A stretch of 64,000 nt of DNA from Candidatus Hydrogenedentota bacterium (GTDB lineage Bacteria > Hydrogenedentota > Hydrogenedentia > Hydrogenedentales > SLHB01), in the NCBI GenBank assembly GCA_035450225.1, contig DAOTMJ010000004.1, forward strand, positions 12,494 through 76,493, given 5' to 3'. A program made the translations under genes and the position numbers. Shown piece by piece: positions 56,212 through 64,000 of the stretch (position 1 is the first letter of the stretch; the number at the start of each line of letters is the position of its first letter). The notes under the pieces were generated by a model that had not been told where the DNA came from, made no database searches, and worked only from the letters and a program-made list of their open reading frames with translations.

Positions 56212-58896
56212 TCATGGAATAAGGGCGGGGGCTGTGACCGTAAAAGCAAGCGTATCGCCCTGTTGACCGTAATGGCCGCCCCATCCCACGCGAATGGCGC
56301 GGATTTTCGCGAGATTCAGCGGGCCTTCGGGCTGGTTCTCTCGCCAGCCGGCCCGCTCGAATTTGAACAACGGCAGGATGCAGGCCGCTTCGCCGGCCGT
56401 GCCGAGCCGCACGCCGGATTCGATGAAATATTCCCGTCCGTCGGCATCCGCCGCGACGACGAGAACCGGGGTAGATGCCTCCTGGCGTCCGGGAATCGAA
56501 AGGTTCATCGTGACGAACCGTTTTCCGCGGAGGTCCTGTGGTTCGGGGTAGGCATATTCGAGAAACAGAAAACTGTTCGTGCCGGATTTTTCCAATACGG
56601 CGACAGCCGTTGCCGTTTGGCCGTTTACGTCAACGTTTTCCCGCACGTGCGCCCCGCGCAGGACAATGGGCGGAACTTCCGGCAGCGCTTCCGAACGCCC
56701 GGTCACTTCGTCGGTTTCAAGATGCGTCCGCTCCGGCGGCGCCGCCTTGCGAAACCGAAAGATCATGCCGCCGAATGGGCCAAGTTCGAGCGGTATTTCC
56801 TTGGGACCGCCCACCGCGGTCATGCGCCCGGTTGCGGGATCCCACTGTTCGCCCGCGCCTTTGGCGGCGAACGACACGGCGCCGCGCCATGGCTGGGCGG
56901 AGTCGTTGACGACAAAGAAGACTTCGCGGCCGCCGATGCGCCGGTGCGTCGCGGGCAACGGCGATCCCTCCGGGTAGGCCACATCGCGTCCGATGAATGC
57001 GTTCAGCGCCGACGAAAGGAGCCGCTGGGCGCCGTAGGACAAGTAAAGCCCAACGCCCGCCCGATTGTTCTCGCAATACCGCCCGCTGGCGCCGTTGCCG
57101 AATATCGCGGTCCGGATCGCCCCCACCTCGTCCGACGGAAACGCCGAGTCGCTGTTGGCGGGCAGCGCGCCGATTGCCACGATGACGCCGCCTTCCCGCC
57201 AGAACCGTTCAAGATTGCGCCACGCATCGAGCGGAAGCGTGTCCACGCCGGGCAACACGATTATCCGCCATGCCATGCCGCCCAGTTCGAGGCGCCCCCC
57301 GCGCACACGCGCTTCCGCGAGGGCTTGTCCGTCGAGGATGGTGAAATCGCGCCGCGTCTCGTACAGTTGATTGCAGGCCAGCCGGTACGCGTCCGCGATC
57401 TGATGCGCAGCGGCGGACGCATCCCTGACCCATTCGCGCGACGGGGTAAAACGCGGCCACAGACTCTCGACCGGATAGACAAGGGCGACATCCGCGACCT
57501 GCCGCCCGCCTTTCAGCGCCGTGCAACATCGCCCCACCCATTCGTTGAGGCGCGCGAGTTGTTCGTCGGACAAGCCGGCGAACCGGTAATAACTCGTGAT
57601 GGTCGTGATGCCGTTCATGATGAGGCGGTTGCAGGTTCCGCGAATCTCGTCTTCCGTCACCTGATAGACGGGCCGTTCGTCACCCTTCGGGCGATAGCAC
57701 TGGCAATGGTCGGACGTTTCGCTCATGGTGACTTCCCGTCCGTGGAGGTCCGCCACGCTGCCAATCAGCCGCGCGACATACCACGGCGCTTCATGCGGAA
57801 TGCTGGTCAGGCAGTCCATCGAAGGCGCGTCCAGCCGGCACAGACACCGGTAGAAATCGCCGTACAGCGGCACATGGGTCAAAATGTCTTCTTCCATGAG
57901 CAGATGCCCGCCGGAAAGCACGTCATGCGCCCGGCACCATGCCTGAATCTGACCGAAGAAATTTTCCGCCACCAATTCGCCCACGGTCCGCCAGAAATCG
58001 TGGCGCGTTTTAGCCGTGTCCGGTCCAATATCGGCTATCAGTTTCGGCACAGCCGGTTCCAACGCATAGCCCCGCCGCGCAAGGAATTCGCCGGGCAGGT
58101 TCGGCGACCACGGAAGCGGCATGAAGGGCTGTTTTTTCAGGAACATGCTCATCAACGACGGCTCGTCGGTGAACGTCGAAACGAAGTATCGGCCCAAATC
58201 CGCGCCAAGCCGGTCCGCATAGCGCTGGTGCGTGACTTCAATGAACCGCTTTGTCGGTTCCGGCATCAGCAGGTTGATGTACGGCAATCGATCCGCAAGA
58301 CTCAATTCGGCGTGGGTTCCCTCGTACAGCCGGCATTCGGTGACGGCCAGCAGAAACCAATTGCCGGCGGGCGCCTTCCAGGTTATGGACCCGTTTGCGG
58401 CAAGCCCGGAAAGATTGATGCCGCTGTCGTCCATGCGGCCCTCGCGGACGGGATACGCCATGGCATGCACAAGACGGCCCGGGGGCAGATTGAGGACCGC
58501 GTGTCCCTCGCCGCAACGCGCTTGGACCGCGAGCAATCCGCGCGCCTCCCATTCCGGGTGATCGCGCAAGGTGATGCCGCCTGCATTGCCGGAGGGATAT
58601 CCCTTTTCGTCGTACAGCCATAGGCTCATGCCGCGCCGCCGGGCTTCGGGCACGGCCCGCAGAAACGCCTTCCAGCGATCCTCGCTTTCGACATATCCGC
58701 CGCTGAAACTGACGTTTGTGGTAATGCCGCCGCACCCTTTTGTAAGCAGACGGTCGAACAACTCGTCCTGTTTTTCCGGTTCGTCGGGAAGGGTATGAAC
58801 GATGGGCAGTATCCGCGATTCGGCGGGCGGATTCGCAAAGCGATCCTCGAAGGACCGGGCGGCGCCCAGCAGTCCAAACAGCAACGTCATAATCAT
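56212..58896 (-). CDS. Large glycoside-hydrolase-like protein, tentatively GH106-like
   Basis: 894 aa. The N-terminal pattern F.NPP...R..P......GCGGITTNV...W...L...R..GMSLWLYDEKGYPSGNAGG resembles a remembered family annotated as glycosyl hydrolase (alpha-L-rhamnosidase GH106-type). Family confidence is low. Confidence 0.55.
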   Translation of the reverse strand: MIMTLLFGLLGAARSFEDRFANPPAESRILPIVHTLPDEPEKQDELFDRLLTKGCGGITTNVSFSGGYVESEDRWKAFLRAVPEARRRGMSLWLYDEKGYPSGNAGGITLRDHPEWEARGLLAVQARCGEGHAVLNLPPGRLVHAMAYPVREGRMDDSGINLSGLAANGSITWKAPAGNWFLLAVTECRLYEGTHAELSLADRLPYINLLMPEPTKRFIEVTHQRYADRLGADLGRYFVSTFTDEPSLMSMFLKKQPFMPLPWSPNLPGEFLARRGYALEPAVPKLIADIGPDTAKTRHDFWRTVGELVAENFFGQIQAWCRAHDVLSGGHLLMEEDILTHVPLYGDFYRCLCRLDAPSMDCLTSIPHEAPWYVARLIGSVADLHGREVTMSETSDHCQCYRPKGDERPVYQVTEDEIRGTCNRLIMNGITTITSYYRFAGLSDEQLARLNEWVGRCCTALKGGRQVADVALVYPVESLWPRFTPSREWVRDASAAAHQIADAYRLACNQLYETRRDFTILDGQALAEARVRGGRLELGGMAWRIIVLPGVDTLPLDAWRNLERFWREGGVIVAIGALPANSDSAFPSDEVGAIRTAIFGNGASGRYCENNRAGVGLYLSYGAQRLLSSALNAFIGRDVAYPEGSPLPATHRRIGGREVFFVVNDSAQPWRGAVSFAAKGAGEQWDPATGRMTAVGGPKEIPLELGPFGGMIFRFRKAAPPERTHLETDEVTGRSEALPEVPPIVLRGAHVRENVDVNGQTATAVAVLEKSGTNSFLFLEYAYPEPQDLRGKRFVTMNLSIPGRQEASTPVLVVAADADGREYFIESGVRLGTAGEAACILPLFKFERAGWRENQPEGPLNLAKIRAIRVGWGGHYGQQGDTLAFTVTAPALIP

Positions 58897-58933
58897 GTTC
58901 CGCTCCCATGGGTTACGTTCGTTTCGTCGTTCG

Positions 58934-60001
58934 TCAGGTTCCGACGGATTTCCATACGCCCGGAATGGCGTGCCGGCACAGGGGGCAGGCCCCGTCGGTC
59001 AGACGGTTCACGCGAACATGGAAACCGCATCGCTCGACAAGCAGCGCGCCGCATTGCGGGCAATAGGTGTTTTCCGCACCGGCCATGCGGCCGGGAAGAT
59101 TGCCCGCGTACACGTAACGAAGACCGGCCTCCTTGCCCGCGTCGTAGGCGCGCCGGAGGTCGCCCGCATTCGTGTCGCGCCCCTGCGTGCGGCGGTAATC
59201 GCGGTGAAAGGCCGTGACGTGCCACGGAATGCAGGGATCCAGCGCGGCCAACGTCCTTGCCATGCCGGCCAACTGTTCGGAATCGTCGTTGAAGCCGGGC
59301 ACGACAAGCGTAACCACCTCGACCCAATAGTCCAATTCACGAAGAAGGCCTATCGTTTCAAGAACCGTCTTGAGCCTGCCGCCCAGTTCCCGGTAGCCCG
59401 ATTCGCTGAAACATTTAAGATCCACCTTGTACAGTTTCATGACCGGACGCAGAAACGCAATGACCTCGGGCGTCGCGTACCCGTTGCTCACAAACCCGCA
59501 GACGATGCCCCGCTCGCAGGCCTTTTCGAACACCTCGCGCGCCCAGTCGGCGGTTATCAGCGGCTCGTTGTAGGTGCTGACCATGACGGGAGCGCCGGCC
59601 TCGACGGCCATGTCCGCCAGCCGTTGCGCGGTGACGGGACGAATTGAGCCGCCCGATTGGGCATCCTTCAAGGCCTGGCTCGAAATCCAATTCTGGCAGA
59701 ACGAACAATGGAGGTTGCATCCCAGCATACCGAACGACAGAGCGGTTTGCCCGGGGAAGACGTGATAAAAAGGTTTTTTTTCGATGGGATCCACATTCAG
59801 GCCGGCGACGTATCCGCCCGGCACGCGAAGTTCGCCGCGGCAATTCATCCGGACCCGGCAAATGCCGCTGTCTCCGTCCATCACGCGGCACCGGTTGCCG
59901 CAGGCGAGACAACGCAACGCGCCGTCGTCCTCGCGCCGGACCAGATCCGGCGCCGCTGGCATGCTGTGCGAAAAAAGAATCTGGCGCAATTCCTCGGACA
60001 T
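58934..60001 (-). CDS. AmmeMemoRadiSam-system radical SAM enzyme
   Basis: CLACGNRCRV..G..G.C.VR...G.L....Y......DPIEKKPFYHVFPG...LSFG..GCNLHCSFCQNW, plus a C-terminal CPQCG...CPLC zinc ribbon. I prefer ATG 60001 (GGAG upstream); the track start is 60064. Confidence 0.8.
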   Translation of the reverse strand: MSEELRQILFSHSMPAAPDLVRREDDGALRCLACGNRCRVMDGDSGICRVRMNCRGELRVPGGYVAGLNVDPIEKKPFYHVFPGQTALSFGMLGCNLHCSFCQNWISSQALKDAQSGGSIRPVTAQRLADMAVEAGAPVMVSTYNEPLITADWAREVFEKACERGIVCGFVSNGYATPEVIAFLRPVMKLYKVDLKCFSESGYRELGGRLKTVLETIGLLRELDYWVEVVTLVVPGFNDDSEQLAGMARTLAALDPCIPWHVTAFHRDYRRTQGRDTNAGDLRRAYDAGKEAGLRYVYAGNLPGRMAGAENTYCPQCGALLVERCGFHVRVNRLTDGACPLCRHAIPGVWKSVGT

Positions 60002-60197
60002 TCCGCGATCTCCGGCCCCATGATAACCCAATCCGGAACCGCGCGCCAGCCCTTTGCGTAACATCCCGGCCTCTCGCGGGTAAACTTGACGGGATCAAGC
60101 CATGTTGACATTGCGGCTGGATTGCGGCATGCTGCGGGAGTCGAAACACGAATGGGGTCTGTCCGCCTGTTGTCGTGGGCGGTCGAGGGAGACGATT

Positions 60198-61943
60198 ATG
60201 CGAGTATCGCGAAGCGCGAGGCTGGCGGGTCTGGCGTTGGCGGCCATGTTGCCGGTGTGGCTGGCGGGGTGTCCTTCCCCCACTAATGCCATCGCCGTTT
60301 CCAATCTTTCTTACGATTTTGGAAAAAGCCAGCAATCTTGGAATTTCGAGGTCTGGAACAACGGCGCGTTGAACTCGGTCACGTTCACCGTCAAGCCCGA
60401 CGTTCCCTGGATGTATTGCACGCCCGCCACGGCCACCAGCACCGGACCTGCGGACAAACGTGTCATCACGGTCGCCGTCACGCGCCAGGGATTGGCCGCC
60501 GGAACGTACCAGGGCCGCCTCAACATCACCGCGCCGGGCGTGGCCCCCGTTCAAGTGACGGTTTCCCTCTATTCGGACGGCACCCAAGGCGTAACGGGAA
60601 GCGATCTGAATGTGGCCGGCCTGACCTACGCTTATTCGGCCCCGTACCTGCTCGATTTCACGTTTTCACTGCATGATCGCTTCAAACAGCCCGTCATCGG
60701 CGAACCGGCCCAATTCAAGGTGTCGTGCCGGGAAAGCAACGCCCCCATCGTGGCCGACGAAAGCCCTCCCCGTTTCGCGAAAGCATCGAGCAAGCAGGCC
60801 AATTGTTTTCTGGTGCTCGATTATTCGGCGAGCATGGCATCCATTGCCGCAAACGGCGACCTCAACGAGGATGGCGTTTCGGACGCCATTCAAACAATGG
60901 AAGCCGGGGCGAGAAATGTCTTTCTGCCCGCGCTGAACGCCGATGCGCGCGTCGGCGTCTACGAATTTCATCGCGAGACCGAACCGGAAAAGGTGTGCGA
61001 ACTGACCGCCGACAAGGACTTTGTCTCAAACCGGATCAAGGGCATCTGGCTGCAATTCGTGTATCCCTATTCGGGCATCTCGCGCTGCTGGGACGCCGTG
61101 TATTCCGCGGTCGAGGAATTCGCGCCCGAAAACCAGAACGACGAAATACGCGACGTCGTTTTCCTGTCGGACGGATTCGACACGTCGAGTTTTCACACCA
61201 AGGAGGAAGCCGTTGAAATCGCGCGTGAACGCGGCGTGCGCATCTACGCCATCGGCTACGGAAAAAATCCCAACACGGGCGTGCTGCAATCGGTCGCCTC
61301 GCAGACAAACGGCGCTTTCTATGCCGCCGAAAACGCCGTCCAACTCGAAACGGCCTTCCGCCAGATCGTGAACGACTTCGACGCGCGCTACACGCTTCGC
61401 TGGGCGACGCTGAAGCGGTCGGACGTGAAATTCTTCCCCTCGTTCTATCTGACCATCGCAAACCGGACGGCATCGTATGAATCGCCCTACGCCTACGCCG
61501 TCGCCGACTACGCCAGCGATGAACTCCGGGGCCGCCTGCGCACAGTGCCCTCGAAAAGCGGCAATCGAACGACCATTTTTCTTCGCGCGAGTTACGTGTG
61601 CCGGTATATTTGGAAACTGCGTTTTTACATCGAAAGCCCCTACGCGTTCACCGTGCAGAAGGTGGAGGCGCCGGATGGCGGCCTTTGTGCCTCATGGACC
61701 CAGTCCATCGAGCATGACGGCGTCCTGCCCGGCGTGTGGGTCGTGCTCGAAAGCCCCTCGCCCGGTTTGACGGACACACAACTTCCCTTCGCCGCATTCG
61801 GGCCTATCCTGCGGTTCGACTTCAACACGCTGATTGACGAGGACGTGGATCCGTTCCAAATCCTGTACGTGGACAATTCGTTCTACACCGGCGGCCAGGC
61901 GTTTTCGATAGACGGCTGGACCAACACGCCCCCCGGTTCGTGA
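60198..61943 (+). CDS. Lipoprotein with N-terminal Ig/BACON-like domain and von Willebrand factor A (VWA) domain
   Basis: A lipobox (LAGC), then a beta-sandwich-like segment. The VWA MIDAS-type motif is VLDYSASM...(T)...FLSDGFDTS, followed by RIYAIGYG. I chose ATG 60198 (GAGGGA upstream). Confidence 0.75.
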   Translation: MRVSRSARLAGLALAAMLPVWLAGCPSPTNAIAVSNLSYDFGKSQQSWNFEVWNNGALNSVTFTVKPDVPWMYCTPATATSTGPADKRVITVAVTRQGLAAGTYQGRLNITAPGVAPVQVTVSLYSDGTQGVTGSDLNVAGLTYAYSAPYLLDFTFSLHDRFKQPVIGEPAQFKVSCRESNAPIVADESPPRFAKASSKQANCFLVLDYSASMASIAANGDLNEDGVSDAIQTMEAGARNVFLPALNADARVGVYEFHRETEPEKVCELTADKDFVSNRIKGIWLQFVYPYSGISRCWDAVYSAVEEFAPENQNDEIRDVVFLSDGFDTSSFHTKEEAVEIARERGVRIYAIGYGKNPNTGVLQSVASQTNGAFYAAENAVQLETAFRQIVNDFDARYTLRWATLKRSDVKFFPSFYLTIANRTASYESPYAYAVADYASDELRGRLRTVPSKSGNRTTIFLRASYVCRYIWKLRFYIESPYAFTVQKVEAPDGGLCASWTQSIEHDGVLPGVWVVLESPSPGLTDTQLPFAAFGPILRFDFNTLIDEDVDPFQILYVDNSFYTGGQAFSIDGWTNTPPGS

Positions 61944-61970
61944 AAAAACCGGCGAGGAAGAGGCGCTACC

Positions 61971-62165
61971 TCAACGGGTCGTGTCGTCCGGAACAAGCGT
62001 CTCCAAAAAGCCGGCGGCCGTCTTGACGGCGGAACCCAAGGCCGTCGCGAAGATGATGGAACCGATCGCCTTGCCCGCACCCGAAATGATGCCCCCGATG
62101 TCCACGCCGTCCGATGTCTCCGAGGCCGCCACTGGAAACTTCGAGATACTGCCGATGTGCTTCAT
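61971..62165 (-). CDS. 64-aa glycine-zipper peptide with internal GG motif, function unknown
   Basis: MKHIGSISKFPVAASETSDGVDIGG-IISGAGKAIGSIIFATALGSAVKTAAGFLETLVPDDTTR. GAGGGAAAGAC lies directly upstream of ATG 62165. The track ORF extends to 62240, but without an SD. Confidence 0.45.
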   Translation of the reverse strand: MKHIGSISKFPVAASETSDGVDIGGIISGAGKAIGSIIFATALGSAVKTAAGFLETLVPDDTTR

Positions 62166-62251
62166 GTCTTTCCCTCTCTTGGCTGTAGATCCCATCCCTG
62201 TAATCTGAATTGTGTAAATCTTACCCCGGCTTTTTACCACCGGTCAAATCG

Positions 62252-62277
62252 CCGATCGTCGGCCCATTGACGATCGG
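62252..62277. repeat. Perfect 9-bp inverted repeat (CCGATCGTC N8 GACGATCGG)
   Basis: Read directly. It lies about 90 nt upstream (on the minus strand) of the small peptide gene, within the less GC-rich spacer. Confidence 0.6.
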
Positions 62278-62589
62278 GAAAAGCGTCGAGGGGAAAAACA
62301 TGAAGGCCGCAAACGACTCAAAGGACTTTCTCCATTGTTTTACTGTTCTTGAGGTCCTTTTCGTCCCTTTTCCCTAAAATACATCCGACCGCCACTCTGT
62401 TCGTGCGCGTGCTCGTGCGTGTAATCGTGATCGAAACAAGGAGTTACGACATCTTCAATCGCTTGCGCGATTATTCAAGAGAATTCCATTTCATCCCCCA
62501 CAGGGGAGACCCAAGGTCTCATGACAACTCGTATCTCTTTCGTTGAACGGAGCTCCTTCGATTATAACCGCTGAATGCACGTTTTCCCC

Positions 62590-64000
62590 TTACCGCCCTC
62601 CGGAAGAACGTTTTTCCTGGGGCAGGAGCCGGAAGTCGAACAGGGTGGGCCCTTCAGTGGCTTTGAGGATATTGAGACGGAATTCCCGTGCCTTCACGGG
62701 CGCGAAGGCGGCGCGAAAATCCTCGCCGATGGTCTTGCCCTGGTAGCAGGAAATCCATGTGCCGTTTTTCATGTATTCGATGGCGAAGGATTGGACGCGC
62801 GATCCGCAGGCCTCGCGTATGTGCACCCCCGCGAACGTCGCGGGCTTCTTCAGGCGAACGGCAAGCCATGCCTTGTGCGTGCCTCCGTCGGTGGCCCAAC
62901 GCGAGCCGGGGTCGTCGTCGAAGGCCATGGCCGCCGCATATTCCGGCATGTTTTGAAACACGTTCGAGGCGGACGGGCCGATCGCCTTCGATTTCGGATC
63001 AACGGCCGCGACAGGCGGCACGTCGAACGCGGGACGATCGAGCGTCAACACGACGATCGTGTCCAGATCCTGCCGAGCCGTTTCGGGAATGTCGAGTCGA
63101 ATCCCCTTGGGCGTCCGGCGGACCTTGACGTTTCCACCCGTCAACATGGACGCCTCCTTGATTCGCGCATCTATTTTCGGCAACCGCCATGACGAATCCA
63201 CGGCCTTCCAGTCGAGGATATGGACGTAAACCTTATCGCCCTTGCAGGTGCTCGCGCCCCACATGCCGGGCTTGAACGGCCCGCCGCGCGTTCCATAAAT
63301 GGTCTCGCCGTATTGTTTCAGCCATGCGCCCATTTCAGCCAAGCGCGAGACCATCCGCCCCTCGATGCGCCCGTCCGGCATCGGGCCGACGTTGAACAGC
63401 AGGTTGCCGTCGCCGCCCGCGCAGCGGACAAGTACGTCGAGGCACTGCTTGAGCGATTTCACGCGGTCGTTGGGTTTCCACGCCCACTGATCGCCGATGG
63501 TCATGCAGGTTTCCCAGGGCCGCGAACGCTGAAACGTGCCGACGGTCTGTTCGGGCGTGTCGTGATCTTCGGGAAGTCCCGCGCGATTGTTCACGATGAT
63601 GTCCGGCTGCAACCGGCGAATCATCGCAACAAGTTTTTCGGAATCCCAATCCTTGACGGTTCCGCCCAGCCCGTCGAACCAGAAGATGTCGAGCCGGCCG
63701 TAATTCGTGCACAACTCGCGCACTTGCCCGTGCAGGTATTCGAGAAATCGCGCATGGTTTTCCGTGCGGTAGTCGGGGTGATGCCAATCCGGCGGCGAAT
63801 AATAAAAACCGAGGCGCAACCCGGCCTCATGGCACGCCTGCGCCAATTCGGCCACCACGTCGCGCTTGAACGGCGAATTCGTGATTTTGTAGTCCGACAA
63901 CGCCGTGTCGAACATTGAAAATCCGTCGTGATGCCGCGTCGTGAACACAAGATACTTCATTCCGGCCTGTTTCGCGATTTCCACCCATTCCCTCGCGTTG
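62590..64000 (-). CDS. GH29 alpha-L-fucosidase with C-terminal F5/8 type C (discoidin) domain; the 5' end lies beyond the window
   Basis: AREWVEIAKQAGMKYLVFTTRHHDGFSMFDT...FYYS..DW is the GH29 core. The C-terminus FDDDPGSRWATD...W..V.L is discoidin-like. The reading frame stays open to position 64000. Confidence 0.85.
   Translation of the reverse strand, partial: NAREWVEIAKQAGMKYLVFTTRHHDGFSMFDTALSDYKITNSPFKRDVVAELAQACHEAGLRLGFYYSPPDWHHPDYRTENHARFLEYLHGQVRELCTNYGRLDIFWFDGLGGTVKDWDSEKLVAMIRRLQPDIIVNNRAGLPEDHDTPEQTVGTFQRSRPWETCMTIGDQWAWKPNDRVKSLKQCLDVLVRCAGGDGNLLFNVGPMPDGRIEGRMVSRLAEMGAWLKQYGETIYGTRGGPFKPGMWGASTCKGDKVYVHILDWKAVDSSWRLPKIDARIKEASMLTGGNVKVRRTPKGIRLDIPETARQDLDTIVVLTLDRPAFDVPPVAAVDPKSKAIGPSASNVFQNMPEYAAAMAFDDDPGSRWATDGGTHKAWLAVRLKKPATFAGVHIREACGSRVQSFAIEYMKNGTWISCYQGKTIGEDFRAAFAPVKAREFRLNILKATEGPTLFDFRLLPQEKRSSGGR

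Noticed and set aside
56134-58623. 829-aa ORF on the plus strand
   Set aside because: It is antisense to the 894-aa glycoside-hydrolase-like gene, with no motifs and an Arg/Pro/Gly-rich composition.
62349-62546. 65-aa plus-strand ORF in the spacer upstream of the small peptide
   Set aside because: It has a non-ATG start, no SD, an implausible composition (for example VRVLVRVIVIE) and no motifs. A 25-aa ORF at 62300-62377 with a GAGGGG SD is also too weak to call.

Overview
This is a GC-rich, densely coding bacterial chromosomal window. The gene content suggests an environmental Planctomycetes- or Hydrogenedentes-like lineage, but the phylum cannot be determined from the sequence alone. I found no rRNA, tRNA, CRISPR array, transposase, integrase or prophage genes.

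Main content:
- Housekeeping genes: an EF-G paralog, a four-subunit 2-oxoacid:ferredoxin oxidoreductase operon (porGDAB), thiF-thiG-thiH, and the run aroQ-dgkA-ndk-purA, plus mutY.
- A large envelope-glycan locus at about 27.7-41 kb, made of two divergent operons. It has two WecA/MraY-type initiating transferases, a DegT aminotransferase, WbqC, a GT4 glycosyltransferase, a secreted beta-helix protein and a Wzy_C (O-antigen-ligase-like)-TPR fusion. A PAS hybrid histidine kinase is translationally coupled to the glycosyltransferase operon.
- Many secreted carbohydrate-active enzymes: a pectate lyase, a GH29 fucosidase, and tentative GH42-like and GH106-like proteins.
- Signalling proteins: PilZ, a GAF histidine kinase and a PocR-AraC regulator.

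I could not identify a clear-cut novel multi-gene system. The observations most worth a second look are:
1. A roughly 1-kb gap (10.58-11.62 kb) with no credible ORF, lying between convergent genes and full of stable hairpins and short repeats.
2. An ORF missing from the track: 29 aa, extremely basic, bS22/AURKAIP1-like, with a strong Shine-Dalgarno sequence (SD, ribosome-binding site), at 42364-42453.
3. A 64-aa glycine-zipper peptide with an internal GG motif, sitting behind a 424-nt less GC-rich region with no ORF of track length (62.0-62.6 kb).
4. A tandem pair of paralogous membrane proteins with winged-helix-like tails (26.5-27.5 kb), next to a translationally coupled MBL-hydrolase/PocR-AraC pair.
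5. Two Wzy_C-TPR fusion proteins.
6. A four-gene operon: M28 peptidase, GAF kinase, small membrane protein, and a TPR/zinc-ribbon membrane protein.

Many long ORFs in the track are antisense shadows typical of high-GC DNA, and I rejected them. All family assignments rest on motif recognition from memory, not on searches.
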